Part shown: piece by piece, positions 1 through 7,424 of the stretch
Position numbering within the stretch: position 1 is the first letter of the stretch
How the letters are laid out: the number at the start of each line of letters is the position of its first letter
IMG/VR virus record: IMGVR_UViG_3300048589_000239
Coordinates: 1 to 31,988 of that record
Strand: one strand, 5' to 3'
From: a virus
Lineage: Duplodnaviria > Caudoviricetes
DNA length: 31,988 nucleotides
Notes under the pieces: generated by a model
The model's input: the letters and a program-made list of their open reading frames with translations, nothing else
What the model was told of the DNA's origin: nothing
Database searches by the model: none
Translations under genes and position numbers: made by a program

Positions 1-241
1 CCAGGGCATCCTGAATCTTGATCCGACCAAAGCCGACATTGGTCAGAACGCTTTGCTCGCCCATCTGTTTACATATATCCATGGCATCGTCAACGGAATC
101 GACCGTCCGGCTTGTATTCCAGATCCCGCCGAAGTCCAGCTTCAACTTCTTCGTCTGATAATTGGGATGCTCGCCCAACTGAATCACAGCAACATTGGAT
201 GTCCTATAAACAGTCCGCCATTGCCAACTAACGCGCGACAT
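1..241 (-). CDS. Hypothetical protein, partial (runs off the left edge); not in the ORF track
   Basis: ATG at 241-239 with AAGGAG RBS at 252-247; open for 80 codons (MSRVSWQWRTVYRTSNVAVIQLGEHPNY...) to the window edge. Confidence 0.7.
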   Translation of the reverse strand, partial: MSRVSWQWRTVYRTSNVAVIQLGEHPNYQTKKLKLDFGGIWNTSRTVDSVDDAMDICKQMGEQSVLTNVGFGRIKIQDAL

Positions 242-252
242 AATATCTCCTT

Positions 253-287
253 AAAAAAGAAAGGGCCGGGGGGTCAGATCCCCGGCC
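253..287 (-). terminator. Intrinsic terminator-like hairpin after recT
   Basis: GGCCGGGG(264-271)/CCCCGGCC(280-287) stem followed on the minus strand by a TTTCTTTTTT tract. Confidence 0.7.
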
Positions 288-303
288 ATGAAGATTCGTT
301 TGA

Positions 304-1356
304 TCAGAAGTTCAGGACATCGAGGCAGACAAGCAGCGCCTCGGTGTCGAGATCTTTGATCAATTCCAATTTTACCCCTAGCGCTTCCTCGAAGTCAGCC
401 CGCTTGTGACCCTCTTTCGCAAGCTCTCTGATCCGCCCCTGGACCTCGGCGACCCTGGCCAATCTCTCGGCCTCGGCTTTCGATTCCTTCTCCTGGCGCA
501 GAGTCTCCTGCGTGAGCGTTTCGCCTCTCTCATTTTTTTCAGCAGGCATCTCATGGGTGTGTTCCATCTCGATGATGTTGGGATCTGTCTGTCGATCAGA
601 GATCTTGATGATCGCCTGATCAACAGCAAGGGCTCTGCCGATCTCTGTCGATTTGGGAGCACGCTTGCAAAGATCCTTGAGCACAGTCTTGAGAGACATT
701 GCATCGAAGTGTTCAATCCATGGACCATCGCCCGCCTTGAAAGCCCGGCTGAATTTTCTAGCATGTTCGACAACTTCCTCGCGTGTCCAGATCTTATAAT
801 CAAAGCCGCCGTAGATTGTTTTGTAATAGGCATAGTAATCTGTGGGGCTCAGCCCTGCCTTGAGCGATCTTTGTTTCACATGCTTGAAGTATGTCTGTGA
901 TCCTTTCTCATGTTTGAGTTCATCGCCTGCATACACCTTGTCGCAGACGATCTCTGAGTACATCCTTGTGTTGGTCATGAGCTTCGGCCAGCCCATGTAC
1001 CCGATCTGAAAAGTTGCCTCGCCGGCATAGGGAATGATCCATGATTCATTCATCGCCCCTGTTCCAATGTCCAGACCCATCTGCGCGGCGGTAAAGAGAG
1101 CGCCGAGAAATGAATCGACATTACAACTGAGAAGCTTCTGGTTCTTCCGCAACGTATTCAAAGCCAGGAAGCGCATCCGATCTGTCGTCTGGAGATGGCT
1201 CGGCATACAGTATCGAATATTCTCCGAGAGCGACATGATGATCTCGGTGATCTCTCTCTCCCGTTCCTGCATCCAATTGAATTGGTGCTGGCTCTGATGA
1301 TGCGATCTTTCCTGCCCCTGATTTTTTTGCTGCTGGCTTACGATTATTTTTCCCAC
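304..1356 (-). CDS. recT: RecT-family single-strand annealing recombinase
   Basis: Motifs SFLGALFTAAQMGL, WIIPY..EATFQIGYMG, VYAGDE, GPW..HFDAMSLKTVLK..KRAPKSTE; GTG start with AGAGGA RBS. Confidence 0.9.
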   Translation of the reverse strand: MGKIIVSQQQKNQGQERSHHQSQHQFNWMQEREREITEIIMSLSENIRYCMPSHLQTTDRMRFLALNTLRKNQKLLSCNVDSFLGALFTAAQMGLDIGTGAMNESWIIPYAGEATFQIGYMGWPKLMTNTRMYSEIVCDKVYAGDELKHEKGSQTYFKHVKQRSLKAGLSPTDYYAYYKTIYGGFDYKIWTREEVVEHARKFSRAFKAGDGPWIEHFDAMSLKTVLKDLCKRAPKSTEIGRALAVDQAIIKISDRQTDPNIIEMEHTHEMPAEKNERGETLTQETLRQEKESKAEAERLARVAEVQGRIRELAKEGHKRADFEEALGVKLELIKDLDTEALLVCLDVLNF

Positions 1357-1909
1357 GAGATCTTTCCTCTTTGATGATGTCGAATTCAGGCTTGCGTCTT
1401 ACGCCGATCTGGGCGAGCTGTTCGGCCTTGGCTCTGAGATCAGGATCATCTGATTCAAGAGCCTTGGTGATGGCCGTCTTCGACCATTCGTATTTGATCC
1501 GAACGAAGTCGCCGTACATGATCTTGTGCTTCGGCAGGCATTCCATGTCCTCTTTGATCTCGCAGTATTCATCTGATCTCAGCCTGACCAGATACTCCTG
1601 GCCGGTGAACATCTCAAAGCCATTTGTTTCCATCGCCCATTGGAGATGTCTCATAAAGCCATCTAGGTTTGACTTGGCGGATTTTTTTGCTTCGGTAAAT
1701 CGTTTGACGAGATCGGAGAAGTGTTCGAGCTGGAGGGTAAGCTTGTCGTGGATGTACTTGTAGGAATCTACCTTTAATTTTCCAGCCTCCATGAGGGCAT
1801 CTTGTTCATCCCAATTGATGTTGTCGATGCAATCATCGGCTTCTTTGAGAGCCCTGAGAAGCTTATGCAGGGGCTTCTCAGACGCGAGTTCCAGAGAACT
1901 CATGATCAT
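1121..1909 (-). CDS. Siphovirus Gp157-like protein with a C-terminal extension overlapping recT
   Basis: KVDSY-coiled coil-AMETNG...KTAITKAL pattern typical of Gp157; adjacent to an SSAP gene; GAAAGGAG RBS. Confidence 0.65.
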   Translation of the reverse strand: MIMSSLELASEKPLHKLLRALKEADDCIDNINWDEQDALMEAGKLKVDSYKYIHDKLTLQLEHFSDLVKRFTEAKKSAKSNLDGFMRHLQWAMETNGFEMFTGQEYLVRLRSDEYCEIKEDMECLPKHKIMYGDFVRIKYEWSKTAITKALESDDPDLRAKAEQLAQIGVRRKPEFDIIKEERSRGKNNRKPAAKKSGAGKIASSEPAPIQLDAGTGERDHRDHHVALGEYSILYAEPSPDDRSDALPGFEYVAEEPEASQL

Positions 1910-2050
1910 GTCTCCTTTCCTAAGATGGATTGACAGGGCCGAAGGAAGGCCCCTTTAAAACGATGTCGGATCATATCAATAATATTAAGAGAGGGAAAGA
2001 TGAAACACATGCCCAGAAAGGGTTTGGAGAAAAATCAGGATGATGATCTG

Positions 2051-2088
2051 AAAATAAAATCGGGACCAGATCGCAATGATCTGATCCC
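2051..2088 (-). terminator. Intrinsic terminator-like hairpin
   Basis: Minus strand GGGATCAGATC-ATTGC-GATCTGGTCCC (one G:U pair) followed by GATTTTATTTT. Confidence 0.6.
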
Positions 2089-2127
2089 TGAATCGGCTAA
2101 GTCTTACAGAGAGATCTCATTATAACA

Positions 2128-2156
2128 GACAGGGCTGTCCGATTGGATGCCCTGTC
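2128..2156 (-). terminator. Hairpin just after the Cys-rich ORF
   Basis: GACAGGGC(2128-2135)/GCCCTGTC(2149-2156) inverted repeat; weak U tract. Confidence 0.4.
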
Positions 2157-2163
2157 CTTCTGA

Positions 2164-2331
2164 TCAATGATCTGCCTTCTCCGATTCGTAACATCGCTTG
2201 CAGAGGTTGCAATGATCACAGGTAAGAGAGATCTGGCCACACCCGGAACATTTACCCCTGGTCATCCCCTGCTTTTCAGGGGTCCAATAAAGGGCGCAAT
2301 GGAGACAGTATTCTCCGATCGACCATTTCAT
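2164..2331 (-). CDS. Small Cys-rich (metal-binding-like) protein, about 55 aa
   Basis: ATG at 2331 with GAAGGGGG RBS; CxxC...CxxC...CxxCxxCxxC. Confidence 0.6.
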   Translation of the reverse strand: MKWSIGEYCLHCALYWTPEKQGMTRGKCSGCGQISLTCDHCNLCKRCYESEKADH

Positions 2332-2342
2332 CTTTGCCCCCT

Positions 2343-2597
2343 TCAATCGTTGATCACATGGAGGAGTTCTGTTCCATCGACATCATAGATGATCGCAGCC
2401 ACATCTCCTGAGGGTGTCTTGACAACCCTACACATGGTTGACAGGACCTTCTTTCCATCGGGGAGATCGAGCCCCAGCAGGGCTGGATAGGTATTCATTC
2501 TGTGATCAGATGCCTCGATGATATAAAACGTCTTGTCCTCTGAGAGATCATTTTCCTGGAGGCGAATGCTCCAGACATAAGTTGGAAAATTCGTCAT
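2343..2597 (-). CDS. Hypothetical protein (84 aa)
   Basis: ORF with AGGA RBS, in line with the leftward gene block. Confidence 0.6.
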   Translation of the reverse strand: MTNFPTYVWSIRLQENDLSEDKTFYIIEASDHRMNTYPALLGLDLPDGKKVLSTMCRVVKTPSGDVAAIIYDVDGTELLHVIND

Positions 2598-2623
2598 GGG
2601 TTTTCCTAAAATGTTGAGAGAGA

Positions 2624-2652
2624 GAAGGGGGGAATAGTGGGTTCCCCCCTTC
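2624..2652 (-). terminator. Perfect 11-bp hairpin after the 190-aa gene
   Basis: GAAGGGGGGAA(2624-2634)/TTCCCCCCTTC(2642-2652); followed on the minus strand by TCTCTCTC rather than a pure U tract. Confidence 0.5.
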
Positions 2653-2666
2653 GTTATGGAGTCGCC

Positions 2667-3239
2667 CTACCCGATGCGTTCCACCTGGAACCCATGATGG
2701 GCAAGCCATGTCAAGGCTTTGTGCGTATCGAAGTCCCAATTCATTTCAAAGCCATCAAGCTCGAATGCCTTTCGGTAGATGTCTTTGGGCGGGAACTTCG
2801 CCCCGTCGATGATCACAGCCCATGCCTTGAACGACATCGGGGTTTTCGCCAAAGCCTTCGCGGCTTTCTTGATCAGATCGGGACCACAGGCAAGCTCGTC
2901 ATCATCGAGCGCCCTGACTCCATACCCTCGCTCTTCTTTGGGTTTCTCTGCCTTCTCTGCCTTGGGTTGGTTTGCAGGATCGGCAGGATCATTTAGTTTC
3001 TGTTCGATGGTTTCCATGAGATAGCCTTTCGGATTTTTCATGTCGTCCACCAATTGAGCGACCTGGGCAAGCAGGGCTTTGAGAGCCATGAGCTTGTTCG
3101 GGTCGATCGTCTCTTGCAACATGATCTCGGCGGCAAGAGATGTCTCTTCTTTCGCCTCGGCTGGTTTCTTGACAGCCTTGGTCTTCTTGGCAACAGACGC
3201 TTGAGCAGAAACTTTCGATACAGTTTTCTTCTTGGACAT
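2667..3239 (-). CDS. Lys/Ala-rich N-terminus plus C-terminal SCO5918/ScoMcrA-head-like putative DNA-binding domain
   Basis: AAAGGAG RBS; C-terminal WAVIIDGAKFPPKDI...DFDTHKALTWLAHHGFQV resembles the 'V.IdG..YPpK...dFtTh.A...L...GF.v' pattern. Confidence 0.5.
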   Translation of the reverse strand: MSKKKTVSKVSAQASVAKKTKAVKKPAEAKEETSLAAEIMLQETIDPNKLMALKALLAQVAQLVDDMKNPKGYLMETIEQKLNDPADPANQPKAEKAEKPKEERGYGVRALDDDELACGPDLIKKAAKALAKTPMSFKAWAVIIDGAKFPPKDIYRKAFELDGFEMNWDFDTHKALTWLAHHGFQVERIG

Positions 3240-3267
3240 GGGCGTTCTCCTTTGAACATGAGTCCAG

Positions 3268-3295
3268 TTAAATAAACGGGATCGAGATGATCCCG
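3268..3295 (-). terminator. Intrinsic terminator-like hairpin
   Basis: CGGGATC-GAGAT-GATCCCG (3277-3295) followed on the minus strand by TTTATTT. Confidence 0.55.
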
Positions 3296-3308
3296 AGTTC
3301 GGGTAATT

Positions 3309-3635
3309 TCAGCAACCTTTCTGATCTTCGATGAATTGAGAGACGATCTTGATCCATGCCTTCGCATCGGTCAGGGGGTCGCCCGAGAACTCGAAGTCAC
3401 AGACATCGGCGTCGATCTCTTGATCATCTTTCATGAGACAGATCGGGAGGCCATCGGCTTCATCAAAGAAGGGGGTTGCAAGTATTTCGATTCCATCTTG
3501 GATCTGGCATCGAACAAGGTTTTCCTCTCCAAAGAGTTCAACCCTTGACATCCATTGGGGGCGGTTCTTGTTGATCTCAGGGATCACACAGAACTTCATG
3601 TAATTCGTAACAAAATTGTGTTTCACGTTGATCAT
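3309..3635 (-). CDS. Hypothetical acidic protein, first gene of the leftward unit
   Basis: ATG at 3635 with GGAG RBS at 3647-3644, preferred over the ORF-track start at 3653. Confidence 0.6.
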   Translation of the reverse strand: MINVKHNFVTNYMKFCVIPEINKNRPQWMSRVELFGEENLVRCQIQDGIEILATPFFDEADGLPICLMKDDQEIDADVCDFEFSGDPLTDAKAWIKIVSQFIEDQKGC

Positions 3636-3694
3636 ATCTTTGGCTCCAATCACATGGGGGCTCTGTGTTTCATCTCGCCCGCCTTACAATAACC

Positions 3695-3722
3695 TTATCG
3701 GGCAAAATCAGAAAACCTTTAG
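3695..3722 (-). promoter_or_regulatory. Sigma28 (FliA)-type promoter for the leftward genes
   Basis: Minus strand CTAAAGGTTTTCTGATTTTGCCCGATAA = TAAA-N15-CCCGATAA, versus consensus TAAA-N15-GCCGATAA. Confidence 0.65.
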
Positions 3723-3749
3723 TAAAATCGGTCACTTACCGAATATGAT

Positions 3750-3758
3750 TGGTAAAAT
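3750..3758 (+). promoter_or_regulatory. Possible extended -10 element (TGn-TAAAAT) for the rightward operon
   Basis: TGGTAAAAT about 60 nt upstream of the ParB-N start; no good -35 element. Confidence 0.25.
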
Positions 3759-3818
3759 CCCGGACCTTTCTACATACTCATTTCAAACCCCTAATAAAAT
3801 CGGAGGCTTAAAAAGCCC

Positions 3819-4376
3819 ATGGAAATCGTTCATAAGAACTTGGAGAGCCTTACCCCTTATGAGAACAATCCGAGAATCAATGATCATGCAATTGATCAGA
3901 TGATTCAGATCTTGACCGAGTTCGGTTTCAAGATCCCGATGTTGATCAGAGGCAATGGCGAGATCGTCGATGGTCATTTGCGATTCAAGGCGGCGAGCAA
4001 GATGGGCATGACTTCCGTGCCGACCATCGCCGTTGATGATTGGAGCGAGGCACAGATCAAAGCCGCCCGCCTCGTGATCAATAAATCCGTTTCATGGGCA
4101 GAGTGGGATAACCAAAAGTTGAAAGATGAATTCGCTGCGCTCTCGGCATTGAACTTCGATCTCGACTTTACAGGGTTCAACAAGTCCGAACGCGAGCTGA
4201 TCGTCAACGGCTGGCAGTCAGACATGGACCAGCTCAACAAGATCAAAGAAAATGAAGATGGCATACCCGCGAAGCTTACCCTCTCTGTGCCTCAGGACAT
4301 GAAGGCAGAGATCAAAGAATGGCTCGAAAGCATGATAGAGGAAAGCGAGTATGCAGACGACATCAAGCTTTCCTAA
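3819..4376 (+). CDS. ParB N-terminal (ParB/Srx-like) domain protein of the terminase-associated type
   Basis: LTPYENNPRIND, EFGFKIP, IVDGHLR.KAA, RLVINK...AEWD motifs; GGAGG RBS. Confidence 0.85.
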   Translation: MEIVHKNLESLTPYENNPRINDHAIDQMIQILTEFGFKIPMLIRGNGEIVDGHLRFKAASKMGMTSVPTIAVDDWSEAQIKAARLVINKSVSWAEWDNQKLKDEFAALSALNFDLDFTGFNKSERELIVNGWQSDMDQLNKIKENEDGIPAKLTLSVPQDMKAEIKEWLESMIEESEYADDIKLS

Positions 4377-5220
4377 GCTGAACCTTCTCTGCGCGTACCC
4401 TTATTTCAAGCAGCCTGTGATCGACATCATGAAGACGAAGACCTTTCAGGATAATGTCAACATGCTCGTCGACTCGGGCGCGTTCACGGCATGGAAGGCC
4501 GGCAAGCCGATTCGTCTCAAGGACTATCTGCGCTTTCTCGATTCATTGCCTTATCAGCCATTCGGTTACTTCATGCTTGATGTGATCGGACAGCCTGAGC
4601 AGACGCGGGCGAATTATACTGCGATGTACGATCACGGCTATCGACCTATCCCGATCTTTACTCGAGGAGAAGAGTTCGATGAGCTGGAAAATTATTATGC
4701 CACCACTGACTATGTTGGGATCGGGGGCCTCGTCAAGACCCCTGGCGCTCAGGGCTTCGTCAAGCGGATCATGCAGAAAGTGAACGGGCGCAAGGTTCAT
4801 CTGCTGGGGTTCGGCAATCAATTGATGATCAAGGCCACCCGACCATACTCGGTCGATGCCTCGACCTGGGTTTCAGCTCTGACCTACGCCCGCATCTCTC
4901 TCTATGTCGGATCGGGGAAGTGGATGGCCCTGACCAAAAAAAATTTTCTCGACAAACCAAAGCCGGAAGTTCTTGCAGCTCTCGCCCGCTATGACGTAGA
5001 TTACCTCGAACTTGCGCAACAGAAAAACTGGCGAAACAGCGGCAAAGGCGATGTGGCTATCGAGCATCTGACCTTTCGATCATTCGTTCGCTATGCAATC
5101 GACATGGAGCAGGTCATCGGCACGAAATATTTTCTGGCCGTGGCTTCCGATTGGCAGGCACGTCTGGCGCTTGACGCTTATCTGTGGGCGAAACAAAAGT
5201 ACGGGAGTAATCAGCAATGA
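4351..5220 (+). CDS. dpdA: DpdA-like (TGT-fold) DNA 7-deazaguanine transglycosylase
   Basis: TGT-like motifs LVDSGAFT, LDVIG, PIPIF, YVGIGG, VHLLG, SVDASTW; directly upstream of the que genes. Confidence 0.75.
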   Translation: MQTTSSFPKLNLLCAYPYFKQPVIDIMKTKTFQDNVNMLVDSGAFTAWKAGKPIRLKDYLRFLDSLPYQPFGYFMLDVIGQPEQTRANYTAMYDHGYRPIPIFTRGEEFDELENYYATTDYVGIGGLVKTPGAQGFVKRIMQKVNGRKVHLLGFGNQLMIKATRPYSVDASTWVSALTYARISLYVGSGKWMALTKKNFLDKPKPEVLAALARYDVDYLELAQQKNWRNSGKGDVAIEHLTFRSFVRYAIDMEQVIGTKYFLAVASDWQARLALDAYLWAKQKYGSNQQ

Positions 5221-5909
5221 AGAGATTGGTTCTGCTTTCCGGCGGCATGGATTCATCGACGGTCCTTGGCTATGTGCGTTCTCTCTCTTTGAAAGGGGAC
5301 GAGCTCGCGGCTCTCTCATTTGAGTATGGCAGCAAGCATAATGAATCGGAGTGGGCGGCGGCCCAGAAGATCGCTGACTTCTACGGGGTGGAGCTTGATC
5401 GGGTGCATCTTGATTTCATCGCGCGCCTGTTCAAATCAGATCTGCTGGCCTCCGGAGCGGAAGTTCCCGAGGGCCATTACGCCGATGACTCGATGAAGAA
5501 AACCGTGGTCCCGTTTCGCAATGGGATCATGCTGGCTGTGGCTGCCGGTTACGCAGAAAGCAATGGCTTCCATGAGATCTATCTGGCTAACCATGCAGGC
5601 GATCACACGATCTACCCTGACTGCCGGCCTGAGTTCACAGAGGCGATGCACATGGCTGTCAAGCATGGGACCTGGGCGGGGATTGAATTCGTTGCGCCCT
5701 TCACCCATCTGAGCAAGGCCACCATCTGCAAGTTCGGTGTCTCTCTCGGGGTCCCTCTCGATCTCACATGGTCATGTTATAAAGGCGGATCTGTTCACTG
5801 TGGGGTGTGCGGTACCTGTCACGAGCGCCGTGAGGCTTTCCTTCTCGCGGGCGTCGATGATCCAACCGAGTATCTTGAGATGCCTCCATTGCCAGCCGTG
5901 GGGGCCTGA
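5217..5909 (+). CDS. queC: 7-cyano-7-deazaguanine (preQ0) synthase
   Basis: LLSGGMDSST PP-loop, VPFRNGIML, YPDCRPEF, TWSCY...HCGVCGTC..R zinc site. Confidence 0.95.
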   Translation: MKRLVLLSGGMDSSTVLGYVRSLSLKGDELAALSFEYGSKHNESEWAAAQKIADFYGVELDRVHLDFIARLFKSDLLASGAEVPEGHYADDSMKKTVVPFRNGIMLAVAAGYAESNGFHEIYLANHAGDHTIYPDCRPEFTEAMHMAVKHGTWAGIEFVAPFTHLSKATICKFGVSLGVPLDLTWSCYKGGSVHCGVCGTCHERREAFLLAGVDDPTEYLEMPPLPAVGA

Positions 5910-5914
5910 TCATC

Positions 5915-6331
5915 ATGTCCGGCCAGAGACTTGTGATCATCAGTTGCGGCGCCACCAAGCGGGCAATCCGTTCGCCTGCGGGCCAGCTCTATATCGGGTC
6001 CTATTTCAGAGCCAATCTTGCATGGGCGCTGTCCGTCGTGAGGCCGGATCAGGTCATCATCCTGTCGGCTGCGCATGGCTTCCTCAGACTCCATGACCAG
6101 ATCGACCCTTACGATCTCAGGATGGGAGATGAGAACTCCATCGGCATAGGCATTCTGAAAGAGCAGGCCGAGAGCATGGGGCTTCTCAATCGAGACACGG
6201 TTGCGATCTGTGGGCAGGACTATCTCGACAAACTTCTCTGCGTGATCCCCGATGTCAAGCTCCCATGTCGGGGGCTGACTCTTGGTTGGTCTGTTGGATT
6301 ACTCAAACGAAACAGGGGGCGGTGGCCTTGA
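5915..6331 (+). CDS. DUF6884-like (YaaA-related) protein
   Basis: VIISCGATK..PAGQLY.GSYF...IILSAAHGFL...IDPYDLRM signature. Confidence 0.65.
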   Translation: MSGQRLVIISCGATKRAIRSPAGQLYIGSYFRANLAWALSVVRPDQVIILSAAHGFLRLHDQIDPYDLRMGDENSIGIGILKEQAESMGLLNRDTVAICGQDYLDKLLCVIPDVKLPCRGLTLGWSVGLLKRNRGRWP

Positions 6332-6765
6332 AAATTTCAATCATGAGAACTCTTGAGTTTGATGCTGCTCATCGGGTGATGCACCATGAGAGCAAATGCG
6401 CGAACATGCACGGACACAGATACAAGGTCGAGATCCATGCGCGGGCTGATGCGCTCGATCCTCTCGGGCGGGTGATCGACTTCTCGGCGATCAAGGCTCG
6501 GGTGGGTGGATGGATCGACACGCATTGGGATCATACAACGATCCTCAACGAGAACGATCCATCGGTGAGGGCCTGGCAGGATGATCTGATCCCCGCCAAC
6601 AAGCCCATCTACCTGATGCCCGAGAACCCGACCGCCGAGAACATGGCGAAGTATCTGCTCGATCGCTGCAAGGATGAACTCATGCTCGGCACATCCATCG
6701 AGGTCTGGAAAGTCGTTGTATGGGAAACGCCGAACTGCAAAGCGGAGGCAGAGCTGCCATCATGA
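6328..6765 (+). CDS. queD: 6-carboxy-5,6,7,8-tetrahydropterin synthase
   Basis: FDAAHR, C.NMHGHRY, VIDF, WDH, NPTAENMA, VWETP; TTG start overlapping the previous stop (TTGA). Confidence 0.93.
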   Translation: MKISIMRTLEFDAAHRVMHHESKCANMHGHRYKVEIHARADALDPLGRVIDFSAIKARVGGWIDTHWDHTTILNENDPSVRAWQDDLIPANKPIYLMPENPTAENMAKYLLDRCKDELMLGTSIEVWKVVVWETPNCKAEAELPS

Positions 6766-7424
6766 AAACCTATCGAGTCAAGGAGATCTTTGGGCCAACG
6801 CTCCAGGGCGAGGGATCTCATGCTGGTCGTGCGGTGATCTTTCTCCGCTTCGCTGGATGCAACAAATGGAATGGTCGAAAGGAAAGCAAGCCGAACTCGG
6901 TCTGCTATTACTGTGATACTGATTTCGTCGGCGGCGAGAAGATGACGGCCGTCGAGATCGAACAGGCGATCGTGGATCTCGCCGAGAGACATGGGCACAT
7001 CTACGCCCTTGGCAACTATCATATCGTGATCTCGGGTGGTGAGCCCATGATGCAGCTCGATGAAGATCTCGCCGAGCTTCTAAGCCGCCAGCATTTCCTT
7101 CATCTTGAGACGAATGGATCAATACCCATCTCGCCCCTGATCAATCGGCATCTCAAGCATGTGACGGTTTCCCCGAAACAGCCCTGGCCGGAAACAAAAG
7201 TCCGCTACGCCGAGGCTCTTAAGATCCTTTACCCCTTCATCGGTGGACCCCGCGCGATGGTATCGCTCGATTCATTCCACGAGTTCAAGGCGGGGGAGAT
7301 CTTCATTCAACCAATCCATGATGAGCATTACGAGAGGAATCTGCGCGAGGCGATCAAGATCTGTCTTGCCAATCCCAATGTCAGGCTCTCACTTCAGCAA
7401 CACAAAATCCTGGGGCTTCAATGA
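6762..7424 (+). CDS. queE: 7-carboxy-7-deazaguanine synthase (radical SAM, Cx14CxxC type)
   Basis: EIFGPTLQGEG, FLRFAGCN-x13-CYYCDTDF, SGGEP, LETNG, VSPK, RLSLQQHK; ATGA coupling at 6762. Confidence 0.93.
   Translation: MKTYRVKEIFGPTLQGEGSHAGRAVIFLRFAGCNKWNGRKESKPNSVCYYCDTDFVGGEKMTAVEIEQAIVDLAERHGHIYALGNYHIVISGGEPMMQLDEDLAELLSRQHFLHLETNGSIPISPLINRHLKHVTVSPKQPWPETKVRYAEALKILYPFIGGPRAMVSLDSFHEFKAGEIFIQPIHDEHYERNLREAIKICLANPNVRLSLQQHKILGLQ

Noticed and set aside
1930-1959. TTGACA on the plus strand as a sigma70 -35 element
   Set aside because: No properly spaced -10 element and no plus-strand gene downstream.
1963-1990. Second sigma28-like promoter upstream of the Gp157-like gene (TTAA...TCCGACAT)
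   Set aside because: Spacing is off and there are several mismatches.
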